In this document: in pieces, positions 12,814 through 25,225 of the stretch
Position numbering within the stretch: the first letter of the stretch is position 1
How the letters are laid out: every line of letters begins with the position of its first letter
Assembly (NCBI GenBank): GCA_002633005.1
Contig: NMRA01000018.1
Location: forward strand, 118,291-182,290
Reading direction: 5' to 3'
Length of the DNA: 64,000 nt
DNA from: Phoronis australis
Lineage: Eukaryota > Animalia > Phoronida
Position numbers and translations under genes: made by a program
The notes under the pieces: model-generated
The model's input: only the letters and a program-made list of their open reading frames with translations
What the model was told of the DNA's origin: nothing
The model's database searches: none

Positions 12814-14278
12814 CCTGTAAGTGAAACCGATCTGTCCCAAGTTCACTTTTTGAGATTAAAGATAATCTGTCGTCGAGGGTACATTACGAGAGCAAAGCAC
12901 AAGCACGCTACCGAAAGAAATCTTATCCTAAAATGCAAATATATAGAATAACTTAGTTCAAAAGCCTCCTTTTCAGTAACTTTACATTACTAATGAAGAG
13001 TTCTAGAAATATTAAATGTGAGCGATAGAGCATCTTTGCTGATTACAGAGTAGACACCTAACGGTAGAATATCTCGTAATCTAAAGACCAAAGACCGCGT
13101 CCCTGCTGCCCTGTGCGTGAACTTGACTCCGTGCCGCTAGTGGTCAGAAGCCAGCACGCTGGCTAGGCACGTAGGGCACCAGCGAGGGAATCCTGCTTCA
13201 TCTCAAATCGTGTATGCGTGAATTTTGGAATACACGAGGCAGCTTTGACAATTGAGTTCCGCGTTCACGTTCACAAAAATTTGCACTGAGCTAAATAAAA
13301 TTACATTTGTTTTTAACCAACCTTTTTTCAACTGCTGGCCAGTTCCACATAAAAATAATTGATTTAGACTTTCTAATATTCCTCCGGTTTTGTGACATAA
13401 GTTACGGTAAAGGAGAAAATGAGTGATCGTGAGGCTATTCAAAAATTCTTCTCACTGAACAAAAAAGTTTCACGTGATTGCCTTACTCAATTCCACATTC
13501 ACGCAGGAGCGATAAGATTGAGCAGGATTCTGAAGCACAGCAGCCCACTATAATAAGGTCTATGGGGGCGAATCAGGTGTTCTATAATTCTCGTACAGCT
13601 TGTTAAAAAATTGCTTGTGAATATTTTCACTACTCTTGCATATCCAAAGCTATAGAGGCATTTAATCACATCAGTTAACTCGCGAGTCAACGCTTAATTA
13701 CAGCGGCGACGTGGAATATCAACTAGCATTTGGGGGGGGGATCGGGACCGAACGAATGGGAATCTGGTGACGACCGTGACCAGAGGTGAGGTGCGACAGC
13801 CACATATATGTTGACAAGCAAGGTTGTGGCCTACAACCAATCTTTTTTTTTTCGGTTTGGAATATGTCAAACATAGTGGTTTCCGTCCACAAGCAAAGGC
13901 GGACAATTGAAAAGAGCAGAAAATGGTATTACAGGGGTGTTGAGTTACTTGCAATTACTGTAAATATTTAGGATTGTATTTCTAGTGGGCTAAGTAAGAT
14001 AAAGTGCTGCAGGACACTCGCACAAAGCAAATTAAAGCAATAAATTAAGAGAAAATGATTTTCTGTGCCAAATAGGACCTAGAAAAAACGTATTGTTAGT
14101 ATTGTTAGCCTTTTAAGTTGTTTGAAGCCGTGATAGCACCCATTTTAGTTTATGGATCAGAAATATTGAAAGGAATTTGAAAATGTTCAAACCAACTTCT
14201 GTAAATTATTACTGTTTATTACTGTTTATTAAGACGACAATAACCATGGGAAAGGAAGAGTGTAACCGTGGGCATGAT

Positions 14279-14332
14279 TTATATGTGTCTTATATGTGTC
14301 TTATATGTGTCTTATATGTGTCTTATATGTGT
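14279..14332. repeat. 11-bp tandem repeat (TTATATGTGTC)n, ~5 copies
   Basis: Directly visible. Confidence 0.9.
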
Positions 14333-16347
14333 AGTCCTGTAAAATATTTTTAGATATGGAAAAGCAAAATGATAGACTTCCAAAACAATGCTTTTTTCAT
14401 TTCATACGAAAGGCAATTGCAAGCTCAAAATAATTGAAATATCCGTATTAAAATGTGTTGCATATAACTGCTTTGATCACGTATGGTTGAACCGGGAGTC
14501 AGTGATGAACAATATGTTTGTTGGAATTCAAACAACGGCCGAGAGATGTAACTTTCAAAATTGGTTATGTGGGGAGAAGACACAGCAGCAGATATTTTAC
14601 AAAGCAAACAGAAGTTCAACCGCATGTATAAAGTTCGTGAAAACTATTTTGAACTGTGGACCGATGGCCTCCTGTTCAAATAAAGTCATTTACATTATCG
14701 AAAAAATCTGACTTCTAAATGGGCTTTCTCGACTTGTTCAACAGTCCGAAAACGCTCACCAGCCTAATACCTCTAATTCGATCATAAAGTTTCCTTTAGT
14801 ATGCTGATAGGACGTTACTGAATTCCTTTATCTACGAGTACTTTCAAAGCATTTACTGGACAAAAACGGCCAGACCCCGGCCTTCAAAACTCACGGATCC
14901 TCCAAAGTAACTTTGCGATAGTTATAATTTTGCCGTCGCATTATCAAGCGTCACGTCGATAATTTTTATATGTACTTGACGTTATGCAGCAACTAAACTT
15001 ATCCTGCGTATAAGTTTTGACGTTTTACGGTGCAACATAGCGGCCCTGAAGTATGATATAAAGGTGGTTTTGATATTTTATAATATCATTCTAAGTTATA
15101 ATTCGAAAGAGATTTAAATATTTATTACTTAAAGTCCAGCGCATATCGATCACCAATGAAGTTGGTGCTATTCGAACATAACTTTATTCAACAAAAACGT
15201 GAAATTGTATTGTATTATGGTTTTGAAAAAAGTTGAAACGAAAGCTTCCTCTCAATTAGTGGTCACTGAGCTAATCTTATAAGTATAATCAAATTTTTTT
15301 GGTTTAAAGTTGTCTGAAATAGTTTGAACAGGAAAAATAAATGGAGCGGCTGTTCAAATGCTCTCATTGATGTTAGATCTCGTGAGCAGTAAACATTTTA
15401 CAAGCAACAGAATTATCTAAACGGCAATGATGGTCATTGAGAAGAAATTATTGTTGAGTATAACGAAGTTGTGCGCGAAAATTATGTGTTCCTGTAGTAG
15501 GCTGTGATAATTTCATTCTCTAAAACATACACTGAAACGTGGACTTAAGAACAATTTATTCACAGGAGTTCATCATGAAATCTCAAAGCTGCAAATCCTC
15601 AATTGAAATGGACAAAACTACGAAAAGCTAAGTCGCAGAAATACAAATTGCTGTTATCACTCCTCTAGCCGCTTACACATAGGATTCGGGACACTTAATA
15701 CGTTGACCTATCGACTACTGCCAGATAACTGAACCAAACTCTTCCGTTATAACCCATGTCTAATGTTAACAGTTTTACACAAGTTTCAAAGTCTTCTAGC
15801 AAAGTCCACTGAGTCGGCAAGCGTAAACAATGCTCGGTTCAGGCAGTGGAAAACTACTGCCCAGCTCGAACCAAGACTACAGTGATGGAAATATTTGCGC
15901 TGTATATAATGCGTGTCTTTCTTGAGGACTAACTGCAGGCCTACAATAGCATTGAAATGAAATCACTTAAAACAGTTATTTTAAAGCTGCCTTTCGCCCA
16001 GTTTACAGAACTAAAAAACGAAAATCGAATCAGTCCGTCAACATTCTTACCGGCTCTCAACTAAAAACTCAAGTATTACACAGACATGCCCTATTTTGGA
16101 ATTTGCAATTTTCGGGGTTAGCCAACCTGAACAAAATCTGAAACAGTTGGAAACCATCAGTGACTCAAGCATCTCACTGAGTCGCGGATGGTTTCGATGT
16201 TTTGGTAACGGAAATGGGCTCCTATCGCGATAAGGAATATTATGGGACAGATAGTAAAAACATAATCTGGTTTTAGTTTTTAGCCAGTTGAACAGGGCGA
16301 AATGCAACTTTAAAATGACAAATCCTTAATCAAGGATCGGTAAAACA

Positions 16348-16445
16348 CTAAAATTCTTCAACTTCAGTGAAACTCTTGTAAGCTTTCCCATCCATCAGGC
16401 CCTGTAATTCATCAAGATTTCTCAGCTTGATCTTGAATATCCAAC
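16348..16445 (-). CDS. GCSH-like paralog exon 5
   Basis: GWIFKIKLRNLDELQGLMDGKAYKSFTEVEEF*. Confidence 0.93.
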
Positions 16446-19400
16446 CTGTGAATGAGATCATGAATCTGACTTACAACCGAACTGTTTGCAAGACATTCCT
16501 CAGTCGATGTGTGTTGCGACCAGAAATTTTAGCTTTTGTCAGCAGATACCCAGAGTATTCCTGTTCAACTAGCAGTTTAAACAAAAGATGCATTTCCTAC
16601 CAAAAAGCAATTTGGTGTTAGAGCGTTTACCATCAACTAGAAATGTCTCTTGGAATAACGCAGAATTGATTCACCAATAGCCCAAAATACTTGCAACAGG
16701 AAATTGCTAACCACTTTGTATTGAAAGATATGCTAACAAATAACAAACGTGTAAAGAGTCGACAGTTATTTTAGTGGCTAAAACGAAATAAAAATGTAAG
16801 TCTTGAACCGGCGTCGGAATATGGATCATACACATTTTTGTCTGGTTTGTGGCCAACAAGCGGCATGAGACTACATGTAAAAATTTTGCGAGCTAAAACG
16901 AAATGGTTTCAAAAACGTTAATAATGTTACATATATGTAATTTTTCACCCAGCAACATAAACATTGGTGATTTACAAGAAATAAGTACGCCAGGTTGCAT
17001 TCACTGCGCGTACGTTATCATAATTTAAAATTAAGTTTAATTCGTGCATGCACAAGGGCGAGACCGCAACAACACGACCCTTGGGGTACTTTTTAGGTCT
17101 ACACCTACCATCTGTTTCACAGGCTCTATTGATGAGTGATGGCTGACCTTCCAGTTGTCGGTTCACATCCGTAACAACGCCAGAGACCGGGGACGTGACG
17201 TCACTGGCACCCAACGCACTTTCCACGACACCAACGGTATCTGCAATTTCCATCCCGGTGAGCACTCAGTATACAATTACTCAATGTCCTGGTTTATGCT
17301 CTATATTAACGTAATCAAACGGATATCTGCAATTCACGATGTTTCAACATTTTAAAAATATAGTTACCAGTAGGCAAATGCCTCAAATAAACGACGATTT
17401 ATGCTCAGGCGTTTTGTACTTCGCCACGTATTTCGCGGAGAAAAGAAGCCCCTGCAACTGACAAAATGAGGGGAACATTTACATGCGTGCACCCAGGGAG
17501 GGGAGCTCGGGGGGGCTTGAATGAGCCCCCCGCCCCCCATTTGGAGAAGAGGGCAAAAGGTCCGCCTCAGAGAAACAAAAAGTTCGAGAAAACGAGACAA
17601 AAGTCCACTAAAAAGGCGCAAACGCACAGTGAAGGTGGGTACCCCGTTTTTTTTAGTCCCACTTTTTTGTCAGCAAAAGGTCCATATCGCCAGAAATTCG
17701 AGCCCCCCATATTAAAGGCTGGGTGCGCGCATGATTTAAGCATCGGGTTCCATTCATCTTTTGAAAGCGATGCAGGTTGGTTTTTGCCACGGAATTTATA
17801 AAATCGGATGTACAATGATAAGACTACGTACCATCTTTTTCTACTTGTGCACGGACGTTTGGCAGCTCAACATAAACGAATTCTCCTAGTTTTCTCTGCA
17901 ATCAGATGAAGTGGATATGGAGATATAAATGAACTCGGTTGATCATCATGAACGACTGAGGTACTGAAAGCGGCGAGGTAAAATAGTCAAACTAAATTTA
18001 ATTCCAACTTACGATTTCAACAATAACAACGTGCTAATTAAGTCTACCAATAGACCCAAAAATTTCCTTGTCATGATAACCATTGTTTTTTTTACAAAAC
18101 GTCACTCGTTACTGCGACTGCAACGGCATAGATTTGGAAAGGATGGCCCAACCTATCAAAACTACGACTTTTCAACACTGCTCGATGCTGTGACAGGTGT
18201 TTTGGGAATGAAACACGTGTTTTTCTATATAAAGAACATGATAGAAAACCAAGAACTGAAACTGACGTACATGCCCTTAAGTAATCTGGCCTGATTTGTG
18301 GCTGTTGCACCAGCGTATTTAAACCTATGCAGCCTATTCGAAGAAGCGCCCATACACGTCACTAGGCGCTTGTGTCTATACGCGAACCGTTTGCTTGAGT
18401 CGCACCGTACTGGGAAGTTTTGCTCGACCGACACATAGGTGGATTTAGGGGGGGTCGCCCCCGCCCCCCCCCCCCCTTGGCTGCGGCGGCAAAAATAAAA
18501 CAGCAAAGGCGTGAAAGGCGTGAGGTAATTATCGTTATACGGCTGAAACGAGATTTAACAATGTGCAGTTTTAGTTTGTGTGCGAGGGGGGGGGGGGCTC
18601 AGACCCAATTTCAAGTGTCCGATTCAGATCACTGGCGCATTCGTAACGGAAATATGGATAAGTAATGGCGCTCCCGGTCGATATGTGCATAAATTCCCAG
18701 GCGACCGGCAGTGGCGCTGCGCACTACCACTCCGTTTCTGTCGTCTACTCCACTGTGCAATTGAAGAAAATTACGGAATCTGAGTGACGATGATGAAACA
18801 GGAGCAGCTGGTAAGATGTAAATTTTAGCCAAAAGCCTTAGTGAATCACGCAGAAACTCATAATTCTCTCTTTGTCAAACATTAAAATTAAGACGATTTC
18901 CACAGGCACAGCAATCGCTAGCCAGCCAGCTAGCTGTATGAAGACTGTCGTCAAAATACAGTCCCCCTCCCGAGCTCCCCCCATTCGGCGCTATGCGCCT
19001 CTACAATCGTGCTTTGCGCGATTGTTTACTAGACAAAATGTTGCCCCCTCCTTATGATATCCTAGATCCGCCACTGTGATATACGTGCATCTAATTATTT
19101 TCAAGTTAAAAAATCTCAGGTGTTTGGTCCGTGGAATGTACAGTGAAGAATCTTGTATACCGGTACAGGGCTTGGAATAAGAGGAAAAAATTCCAGATAA
19201 ATAGAAATGTTTTTGTGTTGTAAAATTAACTGCAAGAAACGTTTTTTTGTATGAATAAAGTCAATATAATGATAAAAAAGAGATGAAAAGATGAAGCTGG
19301 AAATCAAATGAGCTGAAACAAAAAAAAGAGGAAGTCCTCTTAAAAAAAGAAAATTTCAAGCCCTGTGTACATGATGTAAGCTCACGTAATATGCCTAGAC

Positions 19401-20170
19401 GTAATGCATGTAGACGAATTTACTTAGCTCGGCTGGTTTGAGAACCCGCTGACTTTACCTGTGCGTAATCGGTGACTCCAACTACACCGACATCACCTTC
19501 CATGAAAATGTACTCATGGTCTTTAGAAAAGTACCTATCTAGAAATGAAAACAATAGTATTTTAGTAGCTATTATTTACCTTCATGTATAAGTATGGCCA
19601 GTATGGCCTAATCAGAACAAAGCCTTTCACTGGGTTCATCAGTGTCCAGAGCCCACAAATACGCATTCGCTTAATTGCACCCAACAGGATAGAGAATGGT
19701 TCGTTGGTAGGCTGGTTAGCTAGGAGGTGTCACAAACAGGAAGGTGGTGATTTTGCCCTCTAACGTCTCAGTGCTCACTAGAACAATCTGGTACATTACA
19801 CTGACGCACAGAAGCAGTTGATTGGAAAGAGGTGGAAATAAAAAGACGATTCGAGCTTGTTGAGTTTTGTGGCCTTCATTGTGCTGTATGCTTAAATATC
19901 CGCGGAAAAAGGAATGGTCGGTTCCTCGATCTGAGAGAACGAACTTAAAACATGCGTATAAATAAGCCACTTAGTGAAACTGAACACTGAACTAAAACTC
20001 AGGCGGCCGGGGGTTACAAGAAACAGTGCACATGTATGCTCACCATCACTCCTTGCCAGAGATGATTTCAATTGTAAATTTACCTATTTGAATTACAGTT
20101 GGATTTGGAAACAGTAATGTTCGTATGTATCACCATGATTCTTACCCATCTGTAAACGCTCCTTTCTCAT
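16348..20170 (-). CDS. GCSH-like paralog lacking the lipoyl-lysine (exons 20170-20146 [tentative], 19538-19459, 17895-17832, 17240-17109, 16445-16348; ~132 aa)
   Basis: Exon sizes 80/64/132 nt and phases are identical to the neighbouring GCSH. About 54% aa identity by manual alignment (66/123), with no stops or frameshifts. The motif reads VVESALGASDV. Confidence 0.9.
17109..17240 (-). CDS. GCSH-like paralog exon 4 (Lys replaced by Leu)
   Basis: DTVGVVESALGASDVTSPVSGVVTDVNRQLEGQPSLINRACETD. Confidence 0.95.
17482..17733. mobile_element. GC-rich MITE with 15-bp TIRs
   Basis: CATGCGTGCACCCAG ... CTGGGTGCGCGCATG, flanked by ATTTA on both sides. Confidence 0.75.
17832..17895 (-). CDS. GCSH-like paralog exon 3
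   Basis: RKLGEFVYVELPNVRAQVEKD. Confidence 0.92.
18433..19076. mobile_element. Non-autonomous DNA element with CAGTGGCGGATC-type termini
   Basis: CATAGGTGGATTTAGGG ... CCTAGATCCGCCACTG imperfect inverted termini; poly-G/C tracts; a similar end occurs at ~10204-10215. Confidence 0.55.
19166..19365. mobile_element. hAT-like MITE copy
   Basis: CAGGGCTTGGAAT...ATTTCAAGCCCTG; homologous to 12168-12460. Confidence 0.7.
19459..19538 (-). CDS. GCSH-like paralog exon 2
   Basis: DRYFSKDHEYIFMEGDVGVVGVTDYAQ. Confidence 0.93.
20146..20170 (-). CDS. GCSH-like paralog, putative first coding segment MRKERLQM
   Basis: ATG directly after an in-frame TGA; strong donor ATGG|gtaag in phase 1, giving Asp with exon 2; acceptor candidate ttcag near 20259. 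Confidence 0.5.
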
Positions 20171-22045
20171 TCAAGCCAATTTTAGCCTTTCACTTGATGC
20201 ACCTTATCCTGAATGTTATTGGTCCGCGCCCGAATTGGCTATTCTTGCGTACACTACCCTGAACTCAAATTTGACACAATGACAACAACTAAGTGACAAA
20301 GGCATGTTTCCATTGAATACGTAATGCACAATGAGTGATGCCTAGCCATAGGCCGTTTTTAAAAGGGGGCTTTATCTGCGAGAAAAGTGATTTCTGTGAC
20401 TGAAACCTGCAGGCCGCGGCCGGTTGCATTTGTCCAACGCTCTGCAAGCTGGCGGAGCTAAATCTTACTCCAATAAATGACGTGGCAGCGTATTTAGCTT
20501 GATTCAACGGATGTTTAACAGAGAACGTTGGGAATTAGCGACGTCAAATAAAACAACAAACCACATAACGGACTTACAGCTTTGGTCGAAGCTATAACAC
20601 TCAAGATGTCTATCCCATGATCCAAAAATGTGTTTTCGGTCATAAAACGGATCTTGTGATGTCCCTCAATTTAAGGCTAACTATACAAGCTATGTTTACA
20701 TGAAAATAAAAAAATATGTTTCCATTTGTCCATAACAGAGGGTTTCCCGGTCAAAAGAAACTACCAGGAAACGTATAGTTGTAGTAGTAATTTAACGAGT
20801 CAGGTGTCAAAAGTGTAATTGCGTCCTGCAAGTTTGTTTTTCCAAAAAAGGTCATCCCCATGTACTGAGCTTTCGCAGCGTGGTTTCTCACGTGACCGAC
20901 TGTCCCCTGGAGTGCCACAACTGATATTCAATGACACGGTCTACCAACTGCAAGGTTTGGCTGTGGATGCGAGAATTTGCACTAGCTGAACAACAAATTT
21001 GAATTACTAAGGACAAACGTGTTGTGTAGCTCGATCTGTACGCAATTACGGCAATCTCTCTAATTACGGTCCACTGTATCCTTACGAGCACCAAACTTCA
21101 CCTTTCTGGAAAGTACACACAGTGAAGATCGGCAGTCCGGGCCCTATTCCATAAATGCGAACGGTTATCAACTCGCGGAGGATTGTATTTCTTCCCTTAT
21201 GAACAGACACTAAAACGTAACGCTAACTAGACATTGTTTCATTTTGAATATCACCGGCAATGTCATTGTGCGACCCCGCTGTGGTTGATGAGATTTATCT
21301 ACCATGTCGCACAAATATGTTACGTAGGGCCTAAGCTAATGACTTTGCCGATTGAGAAAGCGACATCAGAGGCAGACTTATTTGACTGCCACTGACAACA
21401 TGATGCAAAACAAACAAAAAATGCTATAATCTCTGTATACCAGTGTATGAACTGAACACGTCCCCTAGGTCAGTAAGTAATTCGTCTGCTAAAGTTCAAG
21501 GATAGAATACGTTTGTTGGTTTTCCAAGGCCACTTGGCTATCAGTCGGGAAAATAAAGTATTGATGCCAAATATGTTGTTTGACAAGTTTGCAAAGATTA
21601 CTACCATAAAGGTGTTGGTCAAAAATTAATTAATCTTCCATCTTAATGGAATTCTGCGTGTGCGTGTGAGTGAGCCCCAATTTTTATCAGAATATATATA
21701 CACAGACTAGTCTAGGAGGCTCAAATGTCAAGAATATCCCAACATTCTGAGTGAAGTTTTTTTACCCCCCCCCCCAGGTGTCACCATCTCAAAAAAGATC
21801 AAATTTTCACCAGCCATAAAAATTCTATTTATTGCAATGATAACTTACATGCTGAATAAATAACCATTTTATTGCATACAAACCATATATACAGATGACA
21901 TTCATTTAAAATCAAAAAAACAAACATGCTCCTCTTCAAAAACACCAAAATCATTTTTAAATCTCCTAATATTTGTTTCAATAACAATCTCACCTAGGCA
22001 GCAACACCAGACTTAGTGATGCCACATAGTCAAATGACAAGTGTC

Positions 22046-22293
22046 ACCATAAATTTTCACCAATTTTTGACAAAAATGATTGCCAAAATCACATTTTATT
22101 TCATTTTTCAAGGTCTTCAAACATTGTTGGGAATGTCCAAAATTTTTCAAAATATTTTCTGCTGTTGTACAGAACTTGGATGTATAGCAATGCATCCTTC
22201 TGAAACTGCGTATCATTCATGAAAAAATGAGAAAATAAACTTTCACCTGCAGTGTCTGACATATTGCATCTCAAATTGGTGAGATTTTATAGT
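22046..22293. mobile_element. MITE family with ACCATAAAATCTCACCAATT-type TIRs (second copy 22796-23047; fragments near 1840, 40995, 43915)
   Basis: CACCATAAATTTTCACCAATT ... AATTGGTGAGATTTTATAGTG inverted termini; the motif recurs across the window. Confidence 0.65.
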
Positions 22294-22795
22294 GCTCTTG
22301 ATTAACCTAGCAAATACACATGGTATCATTCTAATAACAATGAACCATTATTGACTTTTAACGTTACAAAATATAATAGTGTCGATCACCAGTTAACATT
22401 TGATACAGCCAGCGAAATTATACACTAGTCAACAGTATTAGCACTGAAAGACATCACTTTGGGATCAACTTGAATGCCATGAAAACCAAGTGCGAACAAA
22501 AACAGAACTACCTTGACATGGTCATCAGATAAATCAGTGAAATTTCTGTTCATTTCGTTGTATTTCAGAACTGTACTGTACTCTACTTCGTAATACTGTT
22601 GTGCAGTATAGTTCAGTGAAATGAAGTGGACTATTTTACACCGAAGTGTAATATTTCATAGTGAAACAGTAAATGTTATTATTATACAGTACAATGCACA
22701 ACAGCTGAATACAATCTAATAAAATGCATTATTACACTGAATTGTATCATCTACAGTGTAATATTACACAATAATCTTATTGTCCACCACAGAGA

Positions 22796-23047
22796 ACCAT
22801 AAAATCTCACCAATTAAGGATGCAATATGGCTGATGAAAGAACTCTTTATTTTACCATTTTTTCCATGAAACCTGTGAAGCATCAAAATTACTTGCTTTT
22901 GAATGTTCAAGTTTTGTACTACAGTTACCATTAGGCACAGTTAGGAATAATTACGAGCATTCACAGTAATCATCTTCAAAACCCTTGAAAACAAAAAAGG
23001 CAATTTTGGCAATTAATTCCACCTGAAATTGGTGAGATTTCATGGTA
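22796..23047. mobile_element. MITE copy of the same family
   Basis: ACCATAAAATCTCACCAATT ... AATTGGTGAGATTTCATGGT. Confidence 0.7.
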
Positions 23048-23053
23048 ACAGTA

Positions 23054-23138
23054 AAGTGTGACACAAGACAACGTGCTACATCTGAGGACAGTTAAGTGTG
23101 ACACAAGACAACGTGCTACATCTGAGGACAGTTAAGTG
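23054..23138. repeat. 40-bp direct tandem duplication
   Basis: AAGTGTGACACAAGACAACGTGCTACATCTGAGGACAGTT x2. Confidence 0.9.
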
Positions 23139-25021
23139 CAATATAGTTGAGAAACACAAGAGTACCCTGCCTAGTTATGAGCTGCCACATACTGTCAAAT
23201 GTCTAGCGCGTAAAACGTAAGTATTGTTGTACTCAGTCAAGTCGTTTTTCAGTTTTCGAGGCATCAAATCAAAAGTCCCAATAAAATAGAAGCTCTGGCC
23301 TCAAAATTTTTTCAAACACAGACCTGTGTCAAGCAATTTGTGGCCAGCTAAAAAGACGAGACAACCTAGACTTGTTGATAAGACTACAGTTGTATTATCT
23401 GCTTTCCATTCCAACAATTCAACAGATTACCACCTTTCACAAAATTCAGAATACACAGTTCACTACAATGTGTCAAGTTATATCCATCAGTTTTTCAGAC
23501 TTACGCTTTCCATGTAATACGCAGAGGAAAACGAGGTTGCCTGTAAGTTGTCAAGAACTCCCCAGGGAGCACTCAACTATATTTTAGACAAAGGGTGAGC
23601 AGCAGGACCCATCTAAAAATGGACTCAAAAAGGATCCATTTATAAGGAGCTTCTGCGATCTGGTCGAGAAAAAGTCATCCTGAGCAGCAGGTCCCGTATA
23701 CCTATTGTATGGGGGCGCTCCAGTTTCAATATGGTATTATAAACTAAGCAAGCCTAGTCACAATTGCAGAGCAGTCACTCAATATCAACAAAACGGTGCC
23801 ACAGTACATCGACGAATCTTTAAACTTGTACAAGCTCAGTATGCCTGAGGTCCAAAAATAATGATTGCCACTTTAGCTTATATAACATACGTAACCGACA
23901 AAGATGATACTCCTTAGTTACCAAACAGGCTGATCACTGCTGTAAGCACAGTAACAGGCTAACAGTAACTGCGAGCAATCACTTAGTTCAGTTTGCTCCG
24001 ACTATGCTAAGAAGCCGTTACATCACCGAGTCCCTGGCTAACATGGACCAGCAACTGAAAGAACAACCAACGCCATATCTCCCAAGAAACTGTACATGCT
24101 GTGGCCAACTCGGATCCTGCAACATACCTCACCTACTGTCTATACTTCTCCTGGATGGGTTTTTGTCACACTAAGAATTAAAGAAATCTTTGATTATATC
24201 CCAGCTCATTTAGACCTACGTAGCCGTTGGTATTTTTAAAGGACCCATGAGGAACCCTTTCCAGCTGAAAATTGACCGTCGGACGGCCTTCGTCCGACGG
24301 TTGGAGTTTGCTAATGCGATCACAATAGCCCATTGAATTCAGTCCAGCTGCCTGGCCTGCTTGGTCACGTACGTAATCCTTTAATGACACCTCATTATGC
24401 CATAAAACTACGCGCCTGTCGACTATTGGCAAAAAAAATAAAGTTTATTTTAAAAATCTACCTGCCTAACCGAATTCCTCGCGAAAATCTAAGCATTTTA
24501 GAACTTTGAATTTTCTTTCTAGGCCAGAAAATAAAGTTTTTATTAATATAAAAATTTACCACCTTGTGTACGAGCAGAGCGCAAGAATTTACAAAGGGTA
24601 TATTGTGATTCGCCGCCATGAGGCAGCTTATAATTTCCTANCTTCTTCAGCAGTCTAAAGTGGGAAATACAGGCTTTCCTACAATTATCAAACAATCATC
24701 TTAACGCGTGACCCCAAAAATTGGATTTGTTCGTATTTCTTCTCAGAATTGATTTTCCACCTCAACTTTCTACACACAATAACAATAAGTACCTAAAGAA
24801 CCAAGAAGAGGCTGCAGTCTGCTCATCAAACAAGCCAAAGAATGGATCTGCCAGCCCCCATGCATGAGGACCCTCGCTCATACTGTGGCCGTAAAGACGA
24901 GACTGACAAGCTTCCCTCTTTACTCCAATGACTCTGTGCGTACAGCAAATTTATCAGCTTCACACTATTGATAAGGACGTAGACATTCCACCATGAAGTG
25001 AAGAACAGCTTCATTCCACCA

Positions 25022-25225
25022 TCAGCACTCTATCTTGACATCCTTCAGGGACATACCCCCCTTCCTAGACGGCTTCCTTTTGTACTTATAGTCCTCCTTG
25101 GTATCGAGGCTGGGAGAGATCAGGTAGGTTTTCATGGGTACATCTTTACCTTTTATCTTGATCTCTCCCCGGTACGCACACTTGATGCCCGCTGCTATCA
25201 GAATTATTGCACTTTGTTCAGCCAC
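25022..25225 (-). CDS. ADCY2: AC terminal coding exon
   Basis: VAEQSAIIL...[18 protein letters not shown]...KIEC*. Confidence 0.92.
   Translation of the reverse strand: MAEQSAIILIAAGIKCAYRGEIKIKGKDVPMKTYLISPSLDTKEDYKYKRKPSRKGGMSLKDVKIEC

Noticed and set aside
20578-20643. MTENTFLDHG... as the first coding exon of the GCSH paralog
   Set aside because: The donor is phase 0 from this ATG, whereas exon 2 needs phase 1; more likely UTR
24178-24432. 84-aa ORF as an extra AC C-terminal exon
   Set aside because: TTG start, no matching donor or acceptor, and the AC frame already stops at 25022
24960-25024. Stop-codon readthrough of the AC TGA
   Set aside because: The context TGA-TGG is not the typical TGA-CTA readthrough signal, and the extension is short and featureless
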